Source: an uncultured Gammaproteobacteria bacterium (GTDB lineage Bacteria; Patescibacteriota; Patescibacteriia; UBA1558; GWA2-36-10). Taken from it: DNA of 64,000 nt. Under the pieces are notes generated by a model. It was given only the letters and a program-made list of their open reading frames with translations. It was not told where the DNA came from and searched no databases. The first letter of the stretch is position 1, and each line of letters starts with the position of its first letter. This document shows positions 46,237-55,967 of this stretch, piece after piece. The translations under genes and the position numbers were made by a program. Where the stretch lies: NCBI GenBank assembly GCA_964424615.1, contig CAYRIU010000033.1, forward strand, positions 247-64,246, given 5' to 3'.

Positions 46237-46935
46237 ATGAGTATTTTTTCAACACAAAATTTTATTTTATTGGTTGCTGCTTTTGTAAATTTATTTATGA
46301 CATTTTTTGTCTTTAGACGTGGCATCAAAAATAAAATAAATTTATATTTTGGATTGTTAACCTTTTTTAATTTTACTTGGAGTTTAGGATTGTTAATTTC
46401 TAGATCCATTGAGAATATTAGTTTGGTAGCTATAGTAGCTAGAAGTACTTATATTTCAGCTTTAGCTATAGTTATTTTTTTATTTTACTTTGTTCACCAT
46501 TTTCCCTATCAGGCGGAAAAATTAAAAATTTATACTCATATTTTCATTTTATTTCCGGCTATTATTTTATCGTTTATAGTTTATACAAAATTTTTTATTC
46601 TTGATACAGTTAGAGCTTATAGTAATTTAGAGTACATATCTTATTACAATAAGTCTGGTTTTTTTCTTTATGCTATTTATTTTGTTATTATAGCTATTTT
46701 AGCTTTAAAGAAGTTATTTAAAAAATATAATTTATCAGAAGGTTTATTAAAACAGCAAATAAAAATGTTATTAGTCTCTATCATAATTGGTTTATTATTT
46801 GGTAGTTATTTTGATTTGTTTATCCAATATTTTAATGATTATAGATTTAATTGGCTGGGTCCTATATTTACCGTATTAATGAATTTTATTGTTTTCTTTT
46901 TTGTTATTTCCCCTAAAGAAAAAATCAATGGTTAA
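46237..46935 (+). CDS. standalone 7TM sensor-domain paralog 3
   Basis: 232 aa; same architecture; ends SPKEKING. Confidence 0.55.
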   Translation: MSIFSTQNFILLVAAFVNLFMTFFVFRRGIKNKINLYFGLLTFFNFTWSLGLLISRSIENISLVAIVARSTYISALAIVIFLFYFVHHFPYQAEKLKIYTHIFILFPAIILSFIVYTKFFILDTVRAYSNLEYISYYNKSGFFLYAIYFVIIAILALKKLFKKYNLSEGLLKQQIKMLLVSIIIGLLFGSYFDLFIQYFNDYRFNWLGPIFTVLMNFIVFFFVISPKEKING

Positions 46936-47899
46936 AGCAAGAAAAAAAATTACCCTACTTTTGGCTGGTGGCACAGCTTTACTTGATCAAAACAAGCGAC
47001 TTTTGACAGTGCAGAATCCAGAAGATATTGAAGCATGGTTAAAGCAAGTGCCAGAATTAGGTCTCTTGGCTGACATTGAGCCAATCTTTATATCAGCTGA
47101 AGATGATATTGTGACTCCTCAGCATTGGCAAGCAATGGCCAAGAACATCATTCAGCGCCTAGACTCTAGTAGTGGTTTTGTTGTAGTTTCTAGAGCTGAT
47201 CAGCTGACCATGACTGCTAGTGCCTTGAGTTTTTTGTTACAAAATATCAAAAAAACAATAGTACTGACAGCAGCTGTCCGTAGTGGTACTACAGAGCTAA
47301 AAAATAAAAATATTTTTGGTCAAAAAAATGATCTGGGTTTAAGATCGAATTTGATTAATGCTTTTCAGGTCCTAGACTATACCTTACCAACACCAGCCAT
47401 TATGTTTGGCACTAGATTGATACCAGGGGTTCGAGCGATCAGTGATAATGATGAGGGCTTAAATATATTTGCCAGCTTGGATGCTAGCTATTGGGGTAGA
47501 GTGGACTTTGGTATCAGTATCAAGTCTGGCCTAGCTTATCATACAGCCAAAGCAAAAATGTATGAAAAAATACAGTCTAATATTTTTGTTTTTGATGATG
47601 TACCAGGTTTAGCTTGGGATCTGGATTTGACTAAGCTCAAAGCTTATGAAGCCATTTTTATCAAGCTCAATCACCAAAATAAATTAGAAGCTAGTAAGAT
47701 TAAGCAAATCAAAGAATCTATTTTGCCGGTATTTCTTTATCATCCTAGTCAGGTCCAGGGCCCTGATGAGGCTATAGCTATGAGCAATTGTACTTTTGAG
47801 GCAGCCTTGACCAAGGCTATGTGGGCAATAGCCAATCAAGATACTTTGAGCCAATTTAGACAAGTTGGTGAACAAAATATTATTGGTGAGTTAATATAA
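46928..47899 (+). CDS. asparaginase/glutaminase-family protein (divergent)
   Basis: ITLLLAGGTAL near the N-terminus and FVVVSRADQLTMTASAL resemble the asparaginase TGGTIAG and HGTDT regions but are degenerate; start at the Met at 46928. Confidence 0.4.
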   Translation: MVKARKKITLLLAGGTALLDQNKRLLTVQNPEDIEAWLKQVPELGLLADIEPIFISAEDDIVTPQHWQAMAKNIIQRLDSSSGFVVVSRADQLTMTASALSFLLQNIKKTIVLTAAVRSGTTELKNKNIFGQKNDLGLRSNLINAFQVLDYTLPTPAIMFGTRLIPGVRAISDNDEGLNIFASLDASYWGRVDFGISIKSGLAYHTAKAKMYEKIQSNIFVFDDVPGLAWDLDLTKLKAYEAIFIKLNHQNKLEASKIKQIKESILPVFLYHPSQVQGPDEAIAMSNCTFEAALTKAMWAIANQDTLSQFRQVGEQNIIGELI

Positions 47900-47913
47900 A
47901 ATCCAAGAAAATT

Positions 47914-48495
47914 ATGCATATTTATTTTTATAGCAACACCAGTGACAATGATCAAAATAGTCAGCATATTGCACAGTATTTGCGTCGAGTGGGAGCGACT
48001 GTCATCAGTGAAACAGCTAGCAAAAAAATAGCTAGTGAGGGCAGTGCTTTGCCAATGGACAAAGTAGACGCCTTGATTATTTATGGTCAAAAGTTAGATG
48101 CACAAGCTGGCTATTGGCTAGCTTGGGCCGTGTCCAAACACAAAGATGTATTGTGCCTATTACCAGAGGGTGCCAAGCTTGATAAAGCTCTGGAGCACTT
48201 ATTGGCAGATCAAGTAGCTAGCCAAAAAATATATCTTGAGCGTTATGAGACAAGTGATGCATTAGAAAAAGTGGCTAATTTTTTGGAAGCATTGGGTCAA
48301 GAAAATTTAAACGAACTATACAATATCAAATATACTTTACGTCTATCTCGCAAGATCAATGAGTATCTGGACTGGAAGAGTACAGCTACCAGTATTGATA
48401 AGGCCACTTGGCTCAGAGAAAATATTCAAAATTTAATGGACTCTGATAAAGATTGGCAAAAATATTTGACTACTAAGTTTAAAATCAAAGAATAA
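47914..48495 (+). CDS. hypothetical protein with weak similarity to nucleoside 2-deoxyribosyltransferase-like fold
   Basis: DALIIYGQKLDAQAGYWLAWAVSKHKDVL resembles the NDT core block, but the catalytic Glu is not evident. Confidence 0.25.
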   Translation: MHIYFYSNTSDNDQNSQHIAQYLRRVGATVISETASKKIASEGSALPMDKVDALIIYGQKLDAQAGYWLAWAVSKHKDVLCLLPEGAKLDKALEHLLADQVASQKIYLERYETSDALEKVANFLEALGQENLNELYNIKYTLRLSRKINEYLDWKSTATSIDKATWLRENIQNLMDSDKDWQKYLTTKFKIKE

Positions 48496-48497
48496 TT

Positions 48498-49313
48498 ATG
48501 GAAAAAGTACCAGTCTCCAAGAATTTCACTTTTTTAGCAGATGTTTCACCAAAGGCTCAGCCTTTTGTAGTACGATCAGGTTCTAGTGATACTTTAGCTA
48601 TTTTGATACATGGTTTTTCTAGTTCACCGTATACTTTTCACGAATTAGCTGAATATCTTGGTCAGCGGGGTATTGATTCTGAGACAGTGCTTTTAGCCGG
48701 TCATTGTAGAGATTTCAAAGCACTACAAAAAAGTACAGCCTTGGATTGGTATCAGTCAGCCGAGAGAGTAGTGCACAAAAATCAAGCTAAGTATAAAAAC
48801 ATTTTTGTGATTGGCGAATCTTTTGGTAGCAATGTCGCTATCCATCTGGCCGCTCACTATCCCAAGCTAAGAGGAGTAGTGACCTTGAGTTTGCCAGTTT
48901 TTTTGTTTAAAGAAAAAACTATCAGATTTTTTTTACCACTAGCAGCACTGGTAACCAATAAGTACAAAAAACGTTGGTTTGATACCAAAGATATGTATCA
49001 AATAAAAGAATTTGGTCGTCATCTTTATTTGCCGATTGCCAGTATCAAAAATTTTTATAAATTCATAGACACCTTTACCAAAAAAGAAGCTCACAAAGTG
49101 CGCATTCCAGCTTTGATCATGCACTCACGTAATGACAGGGTGTCACAAGCCAGAAGTTCACAGTGGCTCTTTGAGGAAATCAAAAATAAGCATAAAGAGC
49201 TCTATCTCCTTGATAAAGAAAATCACCACCTCATCTACAAGACTCGTAGTGATTTAGTTTTTGAAAAAATTGCTACTTTTATAGAAAAAAATCGACAAAG
49301 TTTTGACGATTAG
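48498..49313 (+). CDS. alpha/beta-hydrolase (carboxylesterase-like)
   Basis: GESFG nucleophile elbow, HG oxyanion motif (ILIHGFSSS), C-terminal His. Confidence 0.65.
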   Translation: MEKVPVSKNFTFLADVSPKAQPFVVRSGSSDTLAILIHGFSSSPYTFHELAEYLGQRGIDSETVLLAGHCRDFKALQKSTALDWYQSAERVVHKNQAKYKNIFVIGESFGSNVAIHLAAHYPKLRGVVTLSLPVFLFKEKTIRFFLPLAALVTNKYKKRWFDTKDMYQIKEFGRHLYLPIASIKNFYKFIDTFTKKEAHKVRIPALIMHSRNDRVSQARSSQWLFEEIKNKHKELYLLDKENHHLIYKTRSDLVFEKIATFIEKNRQSFDD

Positions 49314-49352
49314 GGCTATTTTTGTTAGACTGGCTACTTAGCATAAAACAAA

Positions 49353-51017
49353 ATGGAAAAGAAAAAAAACAACATATTTATTGGTTTGGCTTGGCCCTAT
49401 GCCAATGGCTCTTTACATTTGGGTCATTTGGCTGGTCTTTTGGGTGGCGATATAGTGGCTCGCTACTACCGTCTAGCAGGACACAAGGTCTTGATGGTGT
49501 CTGGTAGTGATTGTCATGGCACGCCCATTGCCGTAGAGGCTGACAAGCAGGGGGTAGAGCCAGCTAGTATCGCCGCCAAGTATCACGCGGAGTTTGAAGA
49601 TATTTTTTTGAATAAACTGAATTTTTCTTTTGACTGCTATACTACCACCACTACTGAAAATCATAAGCAAGCTGTGCAAGAGTTTTTTTTGGATCTACAA
49701 AAAAAAGGTTACATATACTCTAAATTTGAAGAGCTAGCCTATTGTGAGACTTGTCAGAGATTTTTGCCTGATCGCTATGTAGAGGGCGAGTGTCCAAAAT
49801 GTCACTTTACTTCAGCGCGTGGTGATCAGTGTGACAATTGTGGCTCTCTACTAGATGCTAATCAGTTGATCAATCCTCGTTGTAAGACTTGTGGCTCTAC
49901 GCCAGTCTGGAAGCCTTCTGAACATTTCTTTTTGAAGCTATCAGCTTTTCAAGATCAGCTGATAAAGTGGGTCCAAGCTAGTAAGGGTTGGCGTCCAAAT
50001 GCCAAAAATTTTACTACTAATTTTTTGCAAGAGGGTTTACATGATCGTGCTATCACTAGAGATACCAATTGGGGTATAGATATACCACTAGATGGCTACG
50101 AAGCTAAGAAGATTTATGTCTGGTTTGAGGCAGTGATTGGCTATTTTTCAGCTAGTCGCGAGTGGGCTACTACTAGCGGTACGGCCACTGCTTGGCAAGA
50201 TTTTTGGCACGATGATCAAGCTTTGCATTATTATTTTCATGGCAAGGACAACATTCCCTTTCATACAGTCATCTGGCCAGCAATGTTGATGGCCAAAGAT
50301 GGCTTGCATTTGCCTGATCGTATCATATCTTCTGAATATTTGACTCTAGAAAAGAAGCAATTTTCCAAGAGTCGTCATTGGGCTGTCTGGCTACCAGACT
50401 TTTTATCAAAATTTGAGGCTGATACTATTCGTTATTATCTAGTCATCTCTGGTCCAGAGACTTCGGATGCCGATTTTTCTTGGTCCGAGTATCAGGTCAA
50501 GGTAAATACCGAGCTGATTGGTAAATTTGGCAATTTAGCTAATCGCGTTTTTTCTTTTATTAATAAACATCGTCCTGATGGCTTGGTGGCTACAGATATC
50601 AAGCTTGATAAATCAGCTGAAGATTTATTAAAGTTAACTGAGGAAGCTTTTGTGACTGTTGGTGAGGGTATTAGCAATGCTAAGTTTCGTGATAGTTTGA
50701 AAGTGATATTGCATCTAGCAGAAAGTGCTAATAAGTATCTAGAGGAGACTTCTCCCTGGAAGCAGATAAATACTAATAGTCAGTCAGCCGAGCGCGCTCT
50801 CTATACAGCCTCTCAGGTGATTTATAATCTCGCTAGTTTACTTTACCCTTTTGTGCCACAGTCAGCTGATAAAATTTTGGCTATGCTTGGTCAAGAAAGA
50901 AAGCAGAATTGGCAATATGAGCTTTTGCCAGCTATAAAAATTAGTAAAGTTGAGCCACTATTTACTAGGGTAGAGGATGTAGTAGTGGAGCAAGAAGTGC
51001 AGGCCCTAGGTAAATAA
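49353..51017 (+). CDS. metG: methionine--tRNA ligase
   Basis: PYANGSLHLGHL HIGH motif, zinc knuckles CxxC...CxxC, KFSKS motif, anticodon-binding domain. Confidence 0.95.
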   Translation: MEKKKNNIFIGLAWPYANGSLHLGHLAGLLGGDIVARYYRLAGHKVLMVSGSDCHGTPIAVEADKQGVEPASIAAKYHAEFEDIFLNKLNFSFDCYTTTTTENHKQAVQEFFLDLQKKGYIYSKFEELAYCETCQRFLPDRYVEGECPKCHFTSARGDQCDNCGSLLDANQLINPRCKTCGSTPVWKPSEHFFLKLSAFQDQLIKWVQASKGWRPNAKNFTTNFLQEGLHDRAITRDTNWGIDIPLDGYEAKKIYVWFEAVIGYFSASREWATTSGTATAWQDFWHDDQALHYYFHGKDNIPFHTVIWPAMLMAKDGLHLPDRIISSEYLTLEKKQFSKSRHWAVWLPDFLSKFEADTIRYYLVISGPETSDADFSWSEYQVKVNTELIGKFGNLANRVFSFINKHRPDGLVATDIKLDKSAEDLLKLTEEAFVTVGEGISNAKFRDSLKVILHLAESANKYLEETSPWKQINTNSQSAERALYTASQVIYNLASLLYPFVPQSADKILAMLGQERKQNWQYELLPAIKISKVEPLFTRVEDVVVEQEVQALGK

Positions 51018-51042
51018 TTTATATTTTCATTACTTAACAGAG

Positions 51043-51067
51043 AATGAGTGTAAAGCTCATTTTTTGT
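51043..51067 (+). terminator. intrinsic terminator after metG
   Basis: GAATGAG-TGTAAAG-CTCATTTTTTG. Confidence 0.55.
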
Positions 51068-51163
51068 TTTATTTGACTATTGTAGAATAGACTGAATTTA
51101 TGTTAAAATATAGGTGTTTATATAGTATATAGAATATAGGATTAATAATTTTTATATAGTATT

Positions 51164-51934
51164 ATGTTTTTGGATAAGGCAAATAAAATTCAACATGATG
51201 ATAATATTTTTTGGCAAAATGAAGCAAAATTTTGGAATAATTATGGTAAAATTTATCGTCATTTAGAAGCTTCGACCCCATATAAACAAATGCTTGCAGA
51301 TATTGCTAATATTATAGGTATGACAAATATCACTACATGGCTTGACGCTGGTTGTGGTCCTGGAACAATGATTGATTTGATTATAAAAAATCAAAATGAA
51401 TATAGTAAAATTGTTGGTATAGATTTTGATGGCGTAATGTTGGATCAGGCAACCAATAGATTGAAAAACAATAGTAAGATTTTTATACAACAAGGCGATC
51501 TCTCTGGTCATTTAAATTTTCAAGATGCTGCATTTGGTGGTATTGTTGCTAATTTAGTATTATCATATGTTATAATTTTTGATAAAAAATATACTGGTTC
51601 AGAAGCACTGAAAGCAGTACTTTCAGAAATGTATCGCTTATTATCACCTAATGGTTTATTTATATGGACAACACCTATTGAAAAAGTTAATTTTGTTAAA
51701 GTTTTTTTGGCATCTTGGAGGCAGGTTTTTAACCCATTAACACCAAAATATATTTATTATGGACCTCGTGTATTATCATACGCAAAGAAAATACAAAAAA
51801 AGGGGCAACTTGGTCTATATCATTTTTTAAATAAAGAGCAAATTTATTCAATAATGGATGAAGTAGGTTTTAAAAATATAAAGATAGAAAATACTTTTGC
51901 TGAACAGTCTTATTTAATATCAGCAAATAAATAA
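51164..51934 (+). CDS. class I SAM-dependent methyltransferase
   Basis: LDAGCGPGTM motif I, IVGIDFD motif II. Confidence 0.7.
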   Translation: MFLDKANKIQHDDNIFWQNEAKFWNNYGKIYRHLEASTPYKQMLADIANIIGMTNITTWLDAGCGPGTMIDLIIKNQNEYSKIVGIDFDGVMLDQATNRLKNNSKIFIQQGDLSGHLNFQDAAFGGIVANLVLSYVIIFDKKYTGSEALKAVLSEMYRLLSPNGLFIWTTPIEKVNFVKVFLASWRQVFNPLTPKYIYYGPRVLSYAKKIQKKGQLGLYHFLNKEQIYSIMDEVGFKNIKIENTFAEQSYLISANK

Positions 51935-51937
51935 GTT

Positions 51938-54757
51938 ATGCAACAGCTATTTGCAATATCTGGTTTAGTAAATTTTGCAGTTTCCATTGTAATTAGTTTT
52001 TTTGTTTTCATAAAAAAAAGAAATAATTCTAATATTTTATTTTCAATATTGACTTTTAGCACGGCCGTTTGGTCTTTTGGCTATTGGAGGTGGTTATCAG
52101 TAGTGGATAATCATGAAACAGCAATATTTTGGCTGAAATTTTTAACATTAGGCTCAATATGGATTCCAATTTTATTTACACACTGGATCTCTAGTTTATT
52201 TAATAAAATTATTGCAAAAAAAGTTAATTTTTTTGTTTTGGCATTAGCCTATTCTTTGGGAGTTTTTTTTAGCGTCATTAATTTTTTATCTGATTTAATG
52301 GTCGGTGGAGTTGAGGAAAAAATGGGCTTTATTTTTTGGCCAAACGCTGGATCATTTTATATCTTTTATATAATATTCGTTTATTTTGCATTAACTCTGT
52401 ATACGGGGTTATTATTAACAAAATATTACAAAAAATCTACAGGTGCTTTAAAGAATCAAATAAAATATGTTAGCATTGGTTGCTTAATCGCCCTATTGGG
52501 CGGAGTGTTTAATTTTTTTCTTTGGTATGATATAAACATTCCTCCTTATGGCAACCTCATAATTCCTGTGTATCCAGTGTTGATTTCGTATGCCATAGTC
52601 AAGTTTAGGTTGATGGATATCAGAATGGTTATTACTAGGAGTATCTTGTATGGTTTCCTTGTAGTCATAGTAGCTGCCTTTTTTGCTGGTTCAGTTTTTT
52701 TAACCAGTACTTACTTAGAAACTGAAAATAAATACACTACTATACTTTTATATATTTCTGCTTCCGCAGTTGTGGTTATTTTTCTAGATCCAGTCAAAAA
52801 TATTTTTGCTCGTCTCACTGATAAAATTTTTTATAAAGATAGAATTGATTATCAAAAGCTTTTACAACGAGCCAGTTCTGTAGTAGCCAAAGAAATTGAT
52901 TTAGAAAAATTATCTTTTTCTTTATGTAATTTATTAAATGAAGAATTAAAAGTCAAAGTTGTTTCAGCTATTATAGCTAAAAAAGATGAGTGGAGCTTGA
53001 TTGCTAGTTCTGATAACAATCATCGTCATTTAAAACTTAGTGATACTTTCATAAAATTTATTCAGGAGAGACATGATTTTATAGTAGTGGAGGAATTGAT
53101 TAGTAGTCAAAATGATATTAATACCGATGTTCCATATTATGAAACCTTGAATCAATTCATACAAGAAGCAGAGAGTCAAAAAGTAGAGATGATAGTTCCA
53201 GTACTGGGTGACAATGGTCAATTGACTTCTATTTTTTTGTTGAGTGCCAAAAATTCTGGTGATCTATATGGACAGGATGATATTAATTTTTTCAAAGTTT
53301 TGTCTCCCCAGATTGGTACAGCCATAGAAAAATCTAAGCTATACGAAGAAGTCCAAGAGTTCAATCGTGAATTGCAGGCCAAAGTTGATGCCAGAACCAA
53401 GAGTTTGAAAGAGGCTAATCTTGGTTTACAACAGCGTAATAAATTTTTGACAGCCATGCAGGCTGTCACCAATATGGTTAGTCGTACTATGGACTTGAAG
53501 CAAGTCAACCAAATGATTGTGAATAGCATATCTTTGGAGCTGGGCTATATTGGTGGTATTTTGAGTTTTGTAGATGATAAAAATCAAGTTTTACGCATCA
53601 GTTCTATCACAGAAAATGAACAGAGTGAAGAGGTGATCAAGATTTTGGGGCAAGATCCCAAAAATTTTGAAGCGGAAATGAAGATGCGTGATTTGTTGGG
53701 TGTCAAGACTGTCATGTCTGGTCAGATGAACACCTCTGATAAGATGTCCGATTTTTTTTCACCACCAGTAGAAAAAAACTTGATTGATCAGGTGCAAACA
53801 AAATTAGGTGTCAAAACTATCGTTGGTTTGCCAATTTTTTCTGAAGATAAAATCATTGGTATTATACATTTTTTACTCGCTGTAGAAAAAAAAGATGTCA
53901 GCTCTCTGGATACTGACATCATGATCGCTCTGGCTGACCAGGTGGGTATCGTGTCTAGAAACTTACGCTTGTATAACAATCTACAAGCTACCAACCAAGA
54001 CTTGCAGGTAGCTAATATGCGCTTGCGTGAGCTAGATCAGGCTAAGTCTGAATTTTTATCGATTGCTTCTCATCAGTTGCGTACGCCAATTTCTGCTCTC
54101 AAGGGTTATTTATCTATGATTCCTGATGGAGATTTTGGTACTGTACCACCAAAAATTGGTAAAGTAGTCAAAGATCTTTTTGAAAGTGCCGCTCGCTTAG
54201 CTAGATTGGTCAATATATTTTTGAATGTTTCACGTATTGAGTCTGGTCGACTGAAGATAGAAAAGAAACCTCTACAGATTGGCGATATGATTGAGAGTGT
54301 CATATCTGAGCTACACAATGAGTCAGATAAGAAAGGTGTGAAGTTGATTTACAAAAAGCCAAAACCAGCTTTGCCACTCGTAGCGGCTGACTCTGATAAG
54401 CTACGTGAAGTAGTCTTGAACTTGATTGACAACTCTATCAAATACACGCCAAAAGGTCAGATAGAGATCAGCGCCACAGTAGAAAATGACAATATGCACT
54501 TCAAGGTGCAAGATACTGGTATTGGTATAGATCCAGAAGAAGCCAAAAATTTATTTAGAAAATTTGTGCGTGCTAGTGGAGCGGCTCAGGTGCACACTGG
54601 TGGTTCTGGTTTAGGTTTATTCATCGCTCAGAAGATCATCAAAGAGCACGGTGGTCAAATATGGGTAGAGAGCGCTGGTAAAGAGCAGGGGAGCACTTTT
54701 CAATTTTTGATACCCATGAATGGCGGTGAGCCCAATAAAGAGGAGATGCAGTCCTAA
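51938..54757 (+). CDS. sensor histidine kinase: 7TM N-terminal sensor, GAF domains, HisKA and HATPase_c
   Basis: N-terminal 7TM region homologous to the 43437-46935 genes; H-box ASHQLRTPISALKG; N, G1, G2 boxes (DTGIGI..., GGSGLGL). No response regulator adjacent. Confidence 0.85.
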   Translation: MQQLFAISGLVNFAVSIVISFFVFIKKRNNSNILFSILTFSTAVWSFGYWRWLSVVDNHETAIFWLKFLTLGSIWIPILFTHWISSLFNKIIAKKVNFFVLALAYSLGVFFSVINFLSDLMVGGVEEKMGFIFWPNAGSFYIFYIIFVYFALTLYTGLLLTKYYKKSTGALKNQIKYVSIGCLIALLGGVFNFFLWYDINIPPYGNLIIPVYPVLISYAIVKFRLMDIRMVITRSILYGFLVVIVAAFFAGSVFLTSTYLETENKYTTILLYISASAVVVIFLDPVKNIFARLTDKIFYKDRIDYQKLLQRASSVVAKEIDLEKLSFSLCNLLNEELKVKVVSAIIAKKDEWSLIASSDNNHRHLKLSDTFIKFIQERHDFIVVEELISSQNDINTDVPYYETLNQFIQEAESQKVEMIVPVLGDNGQLTSIFLLSAKNSGDLYGQDDINFFKVLSPQIGTAIEKSKLYEEVQEFNRELQAKVDARTKSLKEANLGLQQRNKFLTAMQAVTNMVSRTMDLKQVNQMIVNSISLELGYIGGILSFVDDKNQVLRISSITENEQSEEVIKILGQDPKNFEAEMKMRDLLGVKTVMSGQMNTSDKMSDFFSPPVEKNLIDQVQTKLGVKTIVGLPIFSEDKIIGIIHFLLAVEKKDVSSLDTDIMIALADQVGIVSRNLRLYNNLQATNQDLQVANMRLRELDQAKSEFLSIASHQLRTPISALKGYLSMIPDGDFGTVPPKIGKVVKDLFESAARLARLVNIFLNVSRIESGRLKIEKKPLQIGDMIESVISELHNESDKKGVKLIYKKPKPALPLVAADSDKLREVVLNLIDNSIKYTPKGQIEISATVENDNMHFKVQDTGIGIDPEEAKNLFRKFVRASGAAQVHTGGSGLGLFIAQKIIKEHGGQIWVESAGKEQGSTFQFLIPMNGGEPNKEEMQS

Positions 54758-54783
54758 GGGAAAAAGAAAATTATTTATTTTTT

Positions 54784-54818
54784 AAGCTGTCTTAAGGAAT
54801 GCCTTGACAGCTTTTTTG
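54784..54818 (+). terminator. intrinsic terminator after the histidine kinase
   Basis: AAGCTGTC-TTAAGGAATGCCTT-GACAGCTTTTTTG; overlaps a TTGACA-16-TATAAT promoter for the next cluster. Confidence 0.6.
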
Positions 54819-54951
54819 TTTGAGCTATAATGAAAGTGTTGACATGGACGGCTATAATTCTATAGACGGCTAGTATTATTTGATTAATGTTCCCTTTGTT
54901 TGTTATTTGTTATATTATTATAGACATAATAGATATTAATCAAATTAAAAG

Positions 54952-55902
54952 ATGGAGAAATTTGACAATATGGGTAGTAAATTTAAAAGCGATAGCGTGG
55001 ATGATCAAAAAGAGTTAGATTTTGAGAGGCGTAAAATTATAGAACAATATAGGGTTGATCTTTTTAAAAAATTAGAGGCCTTTCGTATTGTGTTGGATCC
55101 AGACAGAAAAGACCAGCATCTGATTGTGAATCCCTTTGTTATTGATGACCTGATTAATTTTGGTGATATTAATAAAGATGACACTGTGTTAGAAATTGGT
55201 GCTGGTCCAGGAAATATAACGGAAAGATTAGTTGATCGAGCTGGTCATGTCTATACTTTGGAAATAGATGAAAGGTTTGAACCCATCTTGCAAGCCCTAC
55301 AGAGCGAACACCCGAATTTAGATGTTATTATGGGTGATTTCCTAGAGACAGAGCTACCAGATTTTAACAAAATTGTAGCCAATCCTCCATTTAGTATTCT
55401 AGAACCGATGATTCAGAAATTAGGTGATCAAAGATTTGAATTAGCCTCTCTGGTTATTGGTGATAGTTATTATAAAAGGACATTAGCTAGGCCAGGTACG
55501 GATAATTTTACCAAAACAAGTTTATTTACTCAGGCCCATTTTTTACCAGAATATTTGCGTGGTCTTGATAAAGAAGATTTTTATCCAAAATCAAGAGAGC
55601 GGGCTGTAATTATGAGATTAGTATCCAATGTAGGTGGTGGGGATTTTATGCTTAGGCGAATTGCTGATGCTTTTTCTGAGGTGGCTGAAAAGAGAGTTAG
55701 ATTTTTGGTGGATAATATTTGCCACATTTACGGTGGTCCTAGAGGAAAAATTACTGTAAGGAATTATGAAGAGGTGGTAAGTCCAGACTCACTTGGCATC
55801 AATCCAGTCATCTTGTCAAAACGTTTGCAGGAGTTGTCCAATAGAGAGATAAGTCAGTTGGTAGTTAAATTATTGAGCTTGTCCGGTAGAAAAAGACACT
55901 AG
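54952..55902 (+). CDS. Erm/KsgA-family (rRNA adenine dimethylase-like) methyltransferase with NPPF motif
   Basis: VLEIGAGPGNITERL motif I and VANPPFSI motif IV in RrnaAD-like spacing; target unknown. Confidence 0.55.
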   Translation: MEKFDNMGSKFKSDSVDDQKELDFERRKIIEQYRVDLFKKLEAFRIVLDPDRKDQHLIVNPFVIDDLINFGDINKDDTVLEIGAGPGNITERLVDRAGHVYTLEIDERFEPILQALQSEHPNLDVIMGDFLETELPDFNKIVANPPFSILEPMIQKLGDQRFELASLVIGDSYYKRTLARPGTDNFTKTSLFTQAHFLPEYLRGLDKEDFYPKSRERAVIMRLVSNVGGGDFMLRRIADAFSEVAEKRVRFLVDNICHIYGGPRGKITVRNYEEVVSPDSLGINPVILSKRLQELSNREISQLVVKLLSLSGRKRH

Positions 55903-55967
55903 GTATTATTTGGTTGTGATAATTGTTTGTGTGTCTGATTGGCCGGGGTATCATATTATAAAATATT

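Noticed and set aside
44834-46935. About 700-bp tandem repeats that could superficially resemble a repeat array
   Set aside because: The repeats are full-length paralogous protein genes at 60-70% similarity with no short direct repeats or spacers. Not CRISPR.
54838-54870. Second TTGACA...TATAAT-like pair upstream of the methyltransferase cluster
   Set aside because: Spacer is only about 8 nt, so it cannot be a functional sigma70 promoter. The upstream TTGACA-16-TATAAT at 54806 is the better candidate.
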